Of a stretch of DNA of 64,000 nucleotides, positions 48,988-61,974 are shown one piece after another. Numbering within the stretch: position 1 is the stretch's first letter; the number at the start of each line of letters is the position of its first letter. The DNA lies in the NCBI GenBank assembly GCA_024679065.1, contig JAGIQG010000014.1, positions 30,690,001-30,754,000 on the forward strand. The letters are read 5' to 3'. Position numbers and translations under genes: made by a program. The stretch is from Sphyrna mokarran (Eukaryota). The notes under the pieces were generated by a model that saw only the letters and a program-made list of their open reading frames with translations, ran no database searches and was not told the DNA's origin.

Positions 48988-49858
48988 GGCCCTATTTTAC
49001 CATTTTGATTCTAAGTGCTGGGTGGACTTGAAACTAAGAGTGTTTCAGATCCGACTTTGTTGTCCCATATGCACTCTGCCTGAAAAAATATCAGCAATTC
49101 CAAATTGTGCTACAGAAACTCTTGGGCAGGGCTTAACATGCCCAAAATTCTGCAGCTCCAATTACACATGCACAGAAAATAAAAATTGTAAAATGTGGCT
49201 AACTGCCGTATCCCTTCTGGGCCAGCTAATGCATCCTCCTGTCTCCCACATACATTACACCACCGCCCACAATGTTACTAACTCCCTTGCCCCTTCACCG
49301 AGACTGATCGCGTGTCTGTCCTCCCTTTCTCCCCAGTGACCTCAGGCAGAGTGGCAGCAGACCCCTCCCTTCCCCCTGATCTCAGGCAAAGTGATCCACC
49401 CTCCCCCTTCCCCACGCTGATTTCAGACAGAGTGACAGCGAACCCCCCTCCCCTCCACTGATTTCAGGCAGAGTGGCTGATCTCCCCTCCCACTCCCGAT
49501 CTCAAACAGAGAGCAGTCAGATGTTTGGCACCTACCTCCTCACTAACTGGAGTGCCTGAATCAGACTTCTATGGAGCATGTCCTGTTTTGCACCAATTCT
49601 GGATGGATGAATGAAGTGGTAAAGAGTGAAGTGCCGGTAGAGTTGGCATGCAAACCATTAAACCAATTTAAATGCATACAAATGCATTTAAATGGCTGTC
49701 TCACTTGTTTTGGGTGCAGTCCCAATCGCAGCCATTATCAGGCCTTGGTAAAGGGGCAAACCGGCATGGAGGTGTTTACAGATTGTGCCACTCACCTCAC
49801 ACCTGACTATCAAATTTTCGCACCCAAAAACAGGCACAACACGATGGTAAAATCAATA
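48988..49858. mobile_element. Non-autonomous TIR element with internal ~40-bp minisatellite
   Basis: ATTTTACCAT / ATGGTAAAAT termini; about 5 units of TGATCTCAGGCAGAGTG..CCCCTCCC at 49330-49520. Confidence 0.55.
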
Positions 49859-50639
49859 TCTTTTCTGATATTGCCAGAAAGTTCACAAGCAAACATAGTT
49901 CAGCATTTTTAAAAACTGTCTAATTTTTAAAATTTTAGGAAGTAGCCATGAAATATGTATAATATATATACACACACACATGTATACATATTTCAAAAAT
50001 ATATAGGGTAAGGGCATTTAATATACTTTTATTTTCTAGCCAGCATCTTTTGTGATAGATTTAGTTTCATACTTTGAATGTCTTATCTATATGAATACTT
50101 CCTCCTGTCTGCCAAAAAACTAATTTATGCTATCAGATCTCTGGTTGATCATTCAAATGTCCATTATTCAGGTGAACAGCAAGACCCAGATTTGTCATTT
50201 TTGTATAATTCTTGTTAGCGGTGTGTTGGGGCAGGACTACTACCTGACCATGTGACTGCACAAATTTTTCAGAGCCATAATGTTTATAATATTCAGAGTG
50301 CCTCCCTGCACCAACAATACAGTCTATTGGGAGCTTGTCTCTGGTGAAAGAGAGAATCTAACAAAATCCAGGAGAGATTATTTAGAGATCAAAACAAGCA
50401 TGTTTCCGTGCCTACATGTTTTCAGACTGTCCCACTTTTAGGGCTTTATTGAGTAATATAACAGTAAGGAAAGAGGTTTACAAAAGGAATGATATAAACA
50501 CAATGTTTGAATGAGATTGCATCAACAATCAAAAGCCTTCAATTGGAGGGTGTGGTTGGGAGCTACATTTTGCAACAGCAAGCCATTTTCTGCTGTATCC
50601 AACCAAACACTGGACAATTAAATAAAGGAAAATCCAATC

Positions 50640-50931
50640 CTGAGCGTTAGCAAGCTGGTCTATTGAAAGAAGTGGGTAGGAGGCAATGCAAATGATCCAG
50701 ATCCTGATCTTATCTGACATATACACACATGCATGTATTATTTGGTAGGACTGTCAGCTAGCTATCAGGAACAGGAAAACTAACCTGGGTATTTACACTC
50801 TTCTTCAGGCAGTAACACAAATATCAATTGTAATGCCCCACCAACGTCATTGAAGAGAGCAGCTAATTTATCTTCTTTCTAATTTGTATTAAAAAGTGAC
50901 ATAATGGGCAATATATTTACAGCTGAGCTAT
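50640..50931 (-). mobile_element. Ancient AmnSINE2-like SINE
   Basis: Minus strand ATAGCTCAG..TTAGCTGCTCTC..GGGGCATTACAATTG..TTCCTGTTCCTGATAGCTA..CAGGATC resembles AmnSINE2 as recalled; weaker relics at ~3210-3300 and ~44680-44810. Confidence 0.4.
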
Positions 50932-51414
50932 TTTGACTTCTAAAAGGTAACTCAATCATATATATAAAAAAGTAAAAAGAACTTTATATGGGGGTCGAAT
51001 TGGGCCAAATGACTTTTTGACATTAGTGACATGTAATTCTTGAAAATGGGTATAAAGTGCACACATTCAAATCCAGAACTGTACCATTCAATGTATTTTA
51101 ATCCCTTCAAGTATTTAATCTTTTTAAAAAAAGACATTCATATTCATAGCCCCACATTAATGACACTTAATTCCTTTATAAACTCTTGGAGCTGTCAGTC
51201 TTTGAATTTCCAGCCCTTGACTGTGATGAAAGATTTTGGAAGTAGTCAACTGATAATTCTGTAACATTAGCTGGTAAGTTTATGCCAACATACATTTATT
51301 GAAACTGAAAACAACATTTTTTTTACAATTTGGAGACAGAAAATGGTATTAAAAGGCAGGGGATTCTACAGACCTTACCTGCCTTTTATGAGCATTCACA
51401 CCTAAACAAGAGCA

Positions 51415-51622
51415 GAGATGTGCAGGTTAGGTAAATTGGCTATGCTAAATTGCCCCTTAGTGTCAAAAGATATGTAGATTGGATGGATTAGCCATGGGAA
51501 ATGTGTGGTGTTATGGAGATAATACAGGGGTGTGAATGGACCTGTATAGAACACTCTTTCAGAAAATCAGCTGCAGACTCAATGGGCTGAATGGCCTCCT
51601 TCTGCATTGTGGATATTATGCA
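51415..51622 (+). mobile_element. HE1-like V-SINE 3' half
   Basis: GATGTGCAGGTTAGG..GCTAAATTGCCCCTTAGTGTC..tail. Confidence 0.8.
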
Positions 51623-52479
51623 GGAAATGGACCTTGTTCCAGTAAAATGGAGTCTGATAGAACTCAGTACTGAGTTCAAATGATCCTATTGGTTTCAGTT
51701 TCCCCTGTACGTAAATCATTATCCCCTCTCCCAATTTCCCCGATAGCATTTGTTATAAGGGTGGGTTTCCAGATATGGGGTTCCAGCATAATTTTGGATC
51801 AAGTGCAGAGACTCCATAACTCTGAAAATCTGGGCCTTTGCTTTGTCCTTCTTCTGTGGCCTGCCCAATCACAATCTCCAGGCTGAACCTTATGCAGTAC
51901 TAAAGTCCACATCGTGCAGGCTAAAATGGTCAGCAGAGAGAGTTTGCCCTCTATCCCAATGACTTAACATTAAAGCATTTCAATACAGGGAGCTTCATTA
52001 ATTGTTATAATTAGACATTCCCATGCCCTTCTGGGAGGAGGTTCTGCCTAAGAAAGCTGCAAGCTACATTGGATTGCAGAAGAATTAGTCTGTGACCCAC
52101 TCACCCTAGCTCCTGCACACTTGTACCTGATGTCTCACTGTGTGCTGATTTCTCTTCTATCATAGCCTCTAAAGCACACACAATCCCAAAGAGTTGGTGG
52201 CTGCAAGTGCAAGAACAAAAATGATAATACCTATTTACCTTAATGATTTTTGTTTTTCTTCTTCCACACACAGATTTTTTTAAATCCTTGGATACTTGAA
52301 ATGAATAAGTGACAAGCATTGACAAGTGTTGGATTGTGGTGAGAGGAGAGTAGGAAATAAAGTGTGTGCGTGCATCATCTGCAACTTGTGTATTAGAAAA
52401 ATCTGTGGGGCAAGGGAGAAATTGAATGTGTGCAGAAAAATTTGGTTGACAGATATTCTCAGGATCCATCCTTCTAATA

Positions 52480-52640
52480 TCATTGGCTGACACTTCAGGC
52501 ATGTACTTTCAACACGAATTCTTCCCAGTGCCTTTAGACAACATGTCTGGATGACATTCTGCCCCCTTCTATCAGTCATCTCTGCTTCTCTCCATGTCAT
52601 CCATCAAGATTTCCATTGTCATTGGCTCTCTCAAATTTTC
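52480..52640 (-). mobile_element. Harbinger Myb/SANT-like gene relic
   Basis: MEILMDDMERSRD..RHVV*RHWEEFVLKVHA. Confidence 0.4.
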
Positions 52641-53711
52641 CTCAATGTAACAAAGCTCAGATTTAATTCTTCAAAAAAAGCTGACACTGCTTCCTGCAAC
52701 CATAAAGCAACTTCTCTTTAAGACATGCAGGCTGCACTTAAAGGTGCTAGCCACTCACAATTAGGCCCTGTTGATGCATACAGCTATTGAACTTCGTGGT
52801 TTGTCCTGCAGTAATCATGTAAAATGTAACCTACTATCTGCAACTAGATGGAGGTTAATCATATATTTTTTCCCCCGTGTCTGTTTTTGAGGAAAATTGT
52901 TTTTAGCCAATTTAAACCCATAAAGTATTCAGCTCATGCACTTAGTGTGCAATAGCTGCAGTGTGGGCTAATGGTTTATAAAATTGGATCTCTAATTATT
53001 GAATTAATTTTGCTGTCAATTAGAATTCTAGGTGATCGTTAGGAAATGCATTGTCAGAACTGAAAGGTTTGTATTTCCCTTAGCAATAGGTGAATAAATT
53101 GTAATTAAAAGCTACTTTCAATTCTACATACACACAAATAATGCATGCAATTCATCAGAGACAGCTCTGTTACAAATCTGAGGCATTCATTTACGAAGTT
53201 GCCACAGATTTCCTCCACATATTATTTTGAAATGTTCTTCTTCTCCCATTTAAGAAGGGAAAATGTTGTAATCTTTGTGTTCCAACATAGTGTGGCACAC
53301 ACAAGAATCAGATATGTCTACAAATGTCTGGGTAGAATTTCAATTCTAACTTTAGTGCCACAGTGTGGTAGAATTTCATATTGATGGTACTGAGTTAAGT
53401 TAGTTAAGTGGAAAGTGAGTTAACTTGGGTTAATCTTTTATTCCTCCAAATGATTGAAGCCAGATCTATTAGGTGAGTAGAATGAATGCATTTTCTTGAC
53501 AAGTTAACATATGATATAATAAATAAAAGAAATATTTTGGTGGTATTGGGGCAGCAGGTAGGCAATAGAGAGAATAACTTTCTCTTATATCCAAGTGGTG
53601 TGGTATTTAGCCACGCAAAATGTAAGTCTCCAGGTTTGAGTATCTAACCTCTGCTAACTTTTGGAGCATAAGACCCTCTGAGGGAACCAAACAAGAAGCA
53701 TTGGAAATAGA

Positions 53712-54748
53712 CTTTATAGGAAGGGGTATAGAGTACAAGAGCTGGCCTTCAATGTTGCAGTTGTATAAAACATTGGTTAGACCTCATTTGGAATCCAGTT
53801 CTGGTCACCTTACTACTGGAAGGACGTGGAGACTCTGGAGAGAGTGCAGAGGAGGTTGCTGCCTGGTATGGAAGGTCTGAATTATGAGGAGAGGTTAGGC
53901 AAATTGGGGCTGTTTTCCTTAGGAAGACATAGAACTGAGAGGAGATCTAATAGAGGTGTACAAGATTATGAGGGGTATAGGTAGAGTAAACAGTGGTAAG
54001 CTTTTTCCTAGATTGGAATCAAATATCACGAGGGGACATGGACTTAGGATGAGGGGGGTAAGGTATAATTTGGATGCTAGAGGGAGTTTTTTCACACAGT
54101 TGTGGGGGTATGGAATGCGCTGCCAAGTAAAGTGGTGGAGAGAGGCGCTCTGGAGTTATTTAAGAGATACTTAGTTGGGCACATTAACAGAATCGGGATG
54201 GAGTGATATAGAAGACTGATTTAAAATAGGGATCATGAGCCTTGGGAGTTCCCTGGGAAGTGTGTAAATTGTGAATGATATTGATGTATTTCTGTTTTAT
54301 TCTACAGGTACTTCGGTCCGCCTTGTTGTCTAACAAGGGGCATACACACGATAGGTCATGAGAGGGCTGCTCTTGGATTTTGAGAGTATCCTAGTGCTTC
54401 ACGCTGTTAGTGTACGCTTGAACTGGACCAGTTGATGGGCAAAATACAACAGCTCAGTGACTATCACTGTGCTGGGCAGATGTATGGATTTGGGCCTGTG
54501 TCTGTGGGAGTTTGTGCATTCTCCCCGTGCTAGTGTGGGTTTTCTCCGGGTGCACCAGTTTCCTCCCACACCCCAAAGATGTGCTCTTAGGCTGATTGGC
54601 ATAACAAATTCTCCATAAATTGTCTCTCAAATTTGATTCCAATGCAGATTTCTATAAACATAGACAAGGATAGAAGTGGGAATATCGAGGTGGCGGTGCA
54701 TGCTCATTGGGCCGAAGAGCCTGTTTCCCATGCTGTTTTGTTCTTTGT
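53712..54748 (+). mobile_element. 5'-truncated CR1 with chimeric 3' UTR, copy 2
   Basis: Colinear with 4655-5697 through RT end, structured module, V core and tail. Confidence 0.85.
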
Positions 54749-55213
54749 AGACAAACTTGGTAATAAACGGAATATGGCAGGAGGGTCAGCACAGGGTTTA
54801 ACAAAATGCCAAGACGATAAACCACCAAAATCAGTCTGATCAAACTAATGGCACATCATTAGTTTGTCAACGGCCATTTGGGATAGTCAATTAATGCTTG
54901 CCTTGCCCTCAATGCTTACATTGTTAATCAACTAAATTAAAAAAACACTCAGGAGTTGACACCTCAGCTAAGTAGGTTAATGAATATGGGGATGTTCAAT
55001 GGTCAGGAGCTAAATTAGAATTGAACAAATGGTAGGCCCACCCCTTTTAATTTGAAAAGGGGTGGGTTGGAGTCACAAATTTAGGAATGATGGGGTAATT
55101 CTCTGATTGGAGATTCACAATGAGGAGTGATGTCTGATTGGGAATTCATTAATACACAATTGCTGATTTTTCCGGGTTGATAACTCTCACCCTGAGCTCC
55201 CTCCAGTTGTGTT

Positions 55214-55295
55214 GGTTGCATAGCTCAATGGATAAGTTATCTGACTCGGGTGTGAGTTGTACTGTAATTGGAAGATTGCTGGTTTGAGCCTATTC
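55214..55295 (+). pseudogene. tRNA-Arg-like relic or SINE head
   Basis: AATGGATAAG..TCTGACTCGG..GAAGATTGCTGGTTTGAGCC with a ~17-nt insert; acceptor stem does not pair. Confidence 0.4.
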
Positions 55296-56904
55296 AAAAA
55301 TAAAACTCCCTGCAGTCATAATTCTCAACTGAAGCACAAGTGCACGAAGAGGGAATTGATCTGATATGTAATTTAAGAATTATTTTAGTTTTGCTAGGTT
55401 AGTATATTTTTACAATTGTATACCAACATTTAGTAGCCAGGGTAAAACATTTCAAAATCTACTCTCATTTGAAAAAATGAACTTGTCTGTTAGCAGTAAA
55501 ATGCTGCACCAGTATATTTTGGTTTGTAAAATAAAATAATGACTGTTTGTTCTCTACAATGTCCTATCTTTTTAAATAAGATTTCTGGATGAGTGAGCTA
55601 GGGCTGTGCTAAAATTCATAGTTATTACACATTTAATCTTATCTGCAGGAATTCCACATCTTGAAAGAAACAATTAAAATGGTTAAAGTACAGCCCTGAG
55701 TGAGACATTTAGCAGATAACATTCATGATGGCTTTATTTCTGTCTCACCATTATTGCCTGTCTTTGGCATTTAACTGGATCTAGATAGGCTGATGAATTC
55801 TGAAGAAAAAAAACTCCAATTATCTAACTTTCCATAATTTATGTCAGAAAATGCACAATTTCTGTCAAGGGGAAAAAAACTTGTGCATCTCTGACTTATT
55901 TCTGTTCAATGCAAAAGCAATTTTAATCTCACAGTAAAGTCATTGTAAAGGGTATTTTGGTATTTATCTAGTTTGATACGTCCAAAGCAGAATTATACAT
56001 TTCACAAATATGAAATGCTACAAAGAACAAATTTCTTGCTTTAAAAGTCATCTGTGTTTTATTTTTATAATTGTATATTTCCCAATTTGTTTCTTAAGGT
56101 CTGATAGATCTCAAGCAGTTTTAAAAGACCAGAAGCACTCTGCCATGTAATACATAATCATCAAGATTTTTGAATGGAAGTAAACCCAACCAGGAGCAGG
56201 GCTGAGAGAGGAAACAACCAGCCAATCTGTAGGATGCTTATCCCTTTTGCATTTCTGGGGCAAAAATCTCTTTATATTAAAATCTATTCAATGCCAAATA
56301 TTTCAGTACAATGAGTGATAGAATAAGCATTGACCGAGTATAATTCTTTGCTAATGATCGTTCATGGCATAAAAACCATCAAAAAAGAAATGGATAAAGA
56401 TAATGGGTCACCTTCTGAAGGAAGAAAGTATTCCTCTCAATATTTTTCAACATGATGCCCCAATCTTCATCTGTAACAATATACACTCAATTGTAATGGT
56501 CACCAGCAATCTCTCTATTGCTGCTAATTTTATCCAGAATTATTGTCATTGGATTGAGCTGCCTTTCTTCCAAGCACAAAAATTACAGGAACACTGATTT
56601 CAAGTCAAATGTGGCACATAGAAATCAGTGATCAACCTAAAGAAGGCACATTTCTGCTTAATTGCCACTTCCTTCAAAATGTTTTACAAATTTTGTGTTA
56701 AATCTATCAAAATTTAATAATCCCAGAATAATGCACATGAATTTTATTCTGAGATGGTTGCTTAAAAGCTCACATTAAGAATTATGTGAGTATAGCATTC
56801 ATTTTAGGAGTGTTATTAACTGTATTTAGCAGTTTCCATTTCATTGGGGCTGTAGAATACGTAAAAAAGATTTTGATTGTATAGCTGTTTAGATTATAAT
56901 TAAC

Positions 56905-57301
56905 TAACTAATGGGTGCCACAGGGATTGGTGCTGGGACCCCAGCTATTCACGATATATATTAATGATTTGGATGAGGGAACATAATGTAACGTCTCAAA
57001 GTTTGCAGATGACATCGTTGGGTGGAAGGGTTAACTGTGATGAGGGTACAGAGATCCTTCAGAATGATCTAGACAGATTGGGTGAGTGGGCAAATCAATG
57101 GCAGATGCAGCATAATTTGGATAAAAGTGAGGTTATTCACTTTGGAAGCAAAAACAAGAAGGCAGATTACTATCTGAATAGCTGTAAATTGGGAGAGGGA
57201 AGTATGCAGTGGGACCTGGGTGTCCTTGTGCACCAGTTGCTGAACATAAGCATTCAGGTGCAGCAGAAAGCAAGGAAGGCAAATGTTATGTTGGCTTTCA
57301 T
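56905..57301 (+). mobile_element. CR1 RT fragment
   Basis: VPQGLVLGPQLF..KFADD..WANQWQMQHN. Confidence 0.85.
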
Positions 57302-57990
57302 TGTGAGAACTAAACTACAGTCCCCAAGACTTTCAGGAAAACCAAGAGCCAAATTTATAAATGGCCACAGAGGTGGGACCAGAGGAGATAGTGCCATAAT
57401 TTCCTGTCATTCTGCTTTAATGGCATGGTCCCTCCTCAGAGTCATTTGCAAAGAGACTAGCTGAGGAGGGGGGATAGATATTGAGGCAATTAAAGGATCT
57501 ATTAAAGCCAATGATCTAAGATTGACTGGATACTTAATCACCAAGATGGCCAAAGTCTGGTCTGTGGATGGAGCAGCAACCTAATGACAGACTGGGGTCA
57601 GCGTAGTTTTAAGCCCCTTCCCCAATAGTCGAGAGACTGAAATATCACTGTAGCTTGGCAGCTTGGCAACTGTGGCCTCTTTTATTCTTCAAGTTTTTAG
57701 GAATCTTCATATTGAGGTACCCTCTCTTCTATCTACAGCAGTGCCTCACCTCCCCCTCCCACCCCCACTTCTGATAGTGGGCTGTCACTATGCCAATGCT
57801 AAACATTGTCTCCAATTGGCCTGTCGGTCTCTGGAACCTGTCCACCACTCTTAATTGGACAGGGCTTCTGGACTCCGCCACTTCATTGGTCACCTCTCCC
57901 AGAATTGCCATCTTGGTCCTGAAGCCAGCATATGTGCATTCCAGGCCCAAACTTCCTCCAAATAGTGGAGGCTGGACCCACTATTGCACA
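57302..57990. mobile_element. Possible solo LTR
   Basis: TGTG..CACA termini, GC-richer block that abruptly ends the CR1 fragment; no clear TSD. Confidence 0.3.
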
Positions 57991-60014
57991 TAGAGATAGG
58001 TTATATAAAAAAAATTGAGATATACCTGTTATACTTAAATTATCTTACACTCAAAATAACAACATAAGTTATAGCTCATTTGTAAAGACCTATGATTTAT
58101 TTGATGGGAAAAGGGGATAGTGTTTTATTGTATCAACTGCTCTAATATTATTGACATTAAAATGCCATGTACTTATCCAGCCCAGAAAAAGGGAGTGAAA
58201 GGTAATCAGAAATTCACTTAATAAATGTATTTACGGAGCAGGAAAGTCTCATGTTCAATCTGATTCATATTGGATTAACAGATTTTCATCGGGACAATGG
58301 TAAGAAATCTACAATTGGTCTTGGCACCGTGGACTAGAGAGTGATAAACGATATGATTCCTATCTTGATTGTCATCCAAAAGCCCCTGCTGCAGATTGCT
58401 CACATAATGCAATGAAGAAAACACGACCATGGATTCAAGATATCCAAAAAAGAATAGAAAAATGACCCTTGAATTCAGTTTCTGAGCATCAGTCAGTGTC
58501 TCCAAGCTAGTGAAGATAGGATTGGGAGCAACTGCAATATCTCTCATGATTAAATAAGCTGTAAGCACACATTGGGAAAGTTGAAGATTCAGTAGGTACT
58601 TGGGTGAGGGCTGTAAGTACACATAAAACCTTCTTCCAATACTGTCTGAAAGGAGAAAGCTGGAGCAATTATTCCGCAGACATTTGTGGTGCTATTGTTA
58701 GACATTAGCTGATAGGTCCAAAAACTGTGACTGTTGTCAATGGGTAAATATGCTTTTGTGAATTTAGACTGGTGGATTTCACCATCTCTGAGTAATTGAA
58801 GACAAAATCACATAGCCCTGTTTTACTTTATATTTAGAGTGTAATTCAATGGTATATATGGCATTAAATATTAGGTCTAGGTTTGGTAGAGGAAAGAAAG
58901 TGCTTTAATCACGCAAGCTAAAAATCAATCTTTGCCCAAGGCAAGTGACTCAAAGTGTTTTGGGTCCAGTAAATCACTAAGTGTGTACACAAGACATTTC
59001 AAGGTTTGTTACCATAAATTCAAACAGAGTGCTACCATTAGAGTTCACTTAATCAAAGGAAAGAAAACCAGTATGTTCTTTTAACCTACTCATGGCAAAT
59101 GTGTAATTCAAAACTGCAGAGCATAAGATATCTCACAGAACTACATGTACAGTGCATGAAATTGTCATGTTAACAACAAACATGCTTGCACATGCAGAGT
59201 GATGTTCCACAATTTGGAGAAGCTGAAAGTATGCAGCTGCTAAAAACTGGCTGGCATCATTGAATTACTTCCTGGAATCCTAGACCCAGGAGGTGTGACT
59301 TTAATTCCAAAGTAAGTCTTACAAAAGCAGGAAGCAAAGCAAAAGTCAGAGACGGAAACAACGCAGACAAAACAGCAGGGATTGAAACTGAGTCAAACAA
59401 TGTAAGTGGGATTAGAAGACAAAGCCAGTATCAAACAAGATAAAGAGGCCAAGGAAAGGCTTGTTCTGAACTGCTGTTATTCCACATTAGTTCTAAATTG
59501 ATATTCTGAAGAACCTTCACGCTGTAGATTTTACACAAGATAAGAAAAATGAAAAGAAATTTGCGATTAAAACATTCAAAAGTGTATTGTTTCAATTTTT
59601 AAAAAAACTATATTGTTTTCATGTCTTTCAGATATCTTGCCTTAACAGCTAAGTAACATTGTAATAATCGGTAACGGTTAGATAGAAGCATAGAAACTAA
59701 GAGGAAGAGTAGGCCATTTGACCCTTTGAATTGTTTTGCCATTCAGTATGATTGTGGCTAATCCTCTATCTCAATACCATACTCCAGCTCTTCCCATACC
59801 CCTTGATGCCTATAAAAAGCTATTCCATTTCCTGGTCTGGATTATGGTTATGATTCTGCTGCTGCACATTGTAAGCTTTACTATTATTTATAATTTCCTC
59901 GATTTAGTCTCAGACTACAATCTTTCTGTAAAATATAGTGCTGACTTTAAAAATGAAAGCATATAAGAAATCAGGAGATAAGAGCTGGTTTATGAATATC
60001 ATTGAACATCAAGT

Positions 60015-60625
60015 TTAGAAACATAGGAGATAGGATCTGGAGGAGGCCATTTGGCTCTTCGCTGCTCCACCATTCATCAAGATCACGGCTGATTATCCAA
60101 CACAATAGCCTAATCCTGTTTTCTCCCAAAAACCTTTGTTCCTATTCACCCCAAGTGGTATATCTAGCTGTTGCTTGAATACATTCAATGTTTTGACATA
60201 ACTACTTCTTGTGGTAATGAATTCCACAAGCTCAGCACTCTTTGGGTGAAGAAATATCTCTTCATCTTCATCTTAAATTATCTACCTCAGATCCTCAGAC
60301 TGTGACCCCTGATTCTAGAGTCCCCCACAATCAAGAACATCTTCCCTGCATCTACCTTGTCTGTTCCTGTTAGAATTTTATATGTCTCTATGTGATTCCC
60401 CCCTCATTTGTCTGAACACTAGTGAAATCAATCCTAACCTAATCAATCTCTCCTCATACATCAGTCCTGCCATCTCCAGAATCAGCCTGAACCTTCGTTG
60501 CACTCCCTCAAGAGCAAGAATATCCTTCCTCAGAAAAGGGGACCAAAACTGCACACAATATTCTCTGTGTGGCCTTACCAAGGCCCTGTATAATTGCAAC
60601 AACACATCACTGCTCCTGAACTCGT
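60015..60625 (-). mobile_element. CR1 3' end
   Basis: ORF 60378-60674(-) LYRALVRPHREYCVQFWSP; antisense tail; a second tail at ~59680-59815. Confidence 0.85.
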
Positions 60626-60771
60626 AATGTAAAGAGGAATTAGCAAACCTGCTCATAGGCTTTCCTGGAACCAAGCTACAGCTTCTTGGGACACTCTTTC
60701 TTTCTTTTCACTCAAAACACCACTATGTTCTCTTTGCTTTCTTGTTAAGAAAAAAGACTTGCTGCAATCCT

Positions 60772-60906
60772 GGCCAGAATTTTCCAATTATTCACACCAA
60801 TGGGATTCTCTGGTCCCGCTGCAGTGAATGAAGATTTGGCTAAGTGCCAAGTTCTCCTTTCTCACTTGCAGTGACAGTGTAGTGTGAACAGCTGGAGAAT
60901 TCCAAC
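60772..60906. mobile_element. Short MITE
   Basis: GGCCAGAATTTTCCA / TGGAGAATTCCAAC imperfect TIRs. Confidence 0.45.
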
Positions 60907-61974
60907 AACTGTCTTTTTTTTAAAACTTCAATTCTACTTTTCCTTAAACACAAAATCATAGCTTTTCTTTCTGAGGGTTATTTTCCCTTCATTTTTTTTC
61001 CCATTTATTTCTAAACTTCTGACTGTATCTGCCAATTCAGGTTTGCTGTGTGTCTGTCCCTCAGATTCTGGCAATATCTCATCATTTCACTGTTCACATG
61101 TCCCTGGGAATGTCCTCGTAATCCATCCCATTCTTCTTGCCTACGTAATGATGCACGCTATGGACTTTGTCAGGATCACAAAAGATGTTTATTAACAAGG
61201 GAAATATATTCGGAGACTGGCTGTCCATCTCCCCCCTGTCCCGCAACCGCTATGTTGACCCCCCCCTCCGCCACCGTCTGCTGTTTTGCCATTAAAGGGA
61301 CACTCACGACAATACGGTTACACAATTGGACTACCAACTTAAATCACTGTTGTTCTCATGACAACAGAACAGCTGCAGCAGTTGCAAGGCTACACCAGGG
61401 ACAAATTCTCATGAAATTAACAATGTGATCTTTGGTGAACTCTCTTCTACCAGCTGCCAGATGGTGCAATCCACAGAGGGCACGGCAACATGAATCTTCC
61501 TCCCAGCACCCACTGTGAGTTAAAATGTTCAATCTGTTACAGAAAACTATGCACTGGTGAAGAATGACTCAGGTTTTAAATATATCGTCGCTAACATATT
61601 ATTAGAAGATACCTGGTTGGCCAAACATTCCTGTGGAGTTAAAATTATGCAGGAAGTGGAATGCTCTCGACAGCAAGCCATAGGACAACACAAAATATAT
61701 CAGATATTGACTAAGCACCAAAAGAAATAGTAAGCCTCAAAATCCCAGCATTGCTAAACTTTTTGAATTTGGGCTGTCTTCAGATGAGTCTGTAAGTATC
61801 ACTCATCATTACAATGCACTGTGCACCTGTTTAAAAAAAAGTTACCAAAAACTACGATGCGTCCCAGAAGGAAATATAGTCCAGACCAGTATTTTTATTT
61901 TCCCATCTTGTTTTTTTTTCCTTTTGGTTTCTAGTCAAGACCTCATAGTACATCCCAAGTGCTTCACCCCAATG

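Noticed and set aside
49330-49520. Spaced repeats resembling a CRISPR array
   Set aside because: Degenerate tandem minisatellite with C-rich linkers, no unique spacers, no cas genes, eukaryotic context
55214-55295. Functional intron-containing tRNA-Arg
   Set aside because: Acceptor and T stems do not pair and the B-box is mutated (GGTTTGAG)
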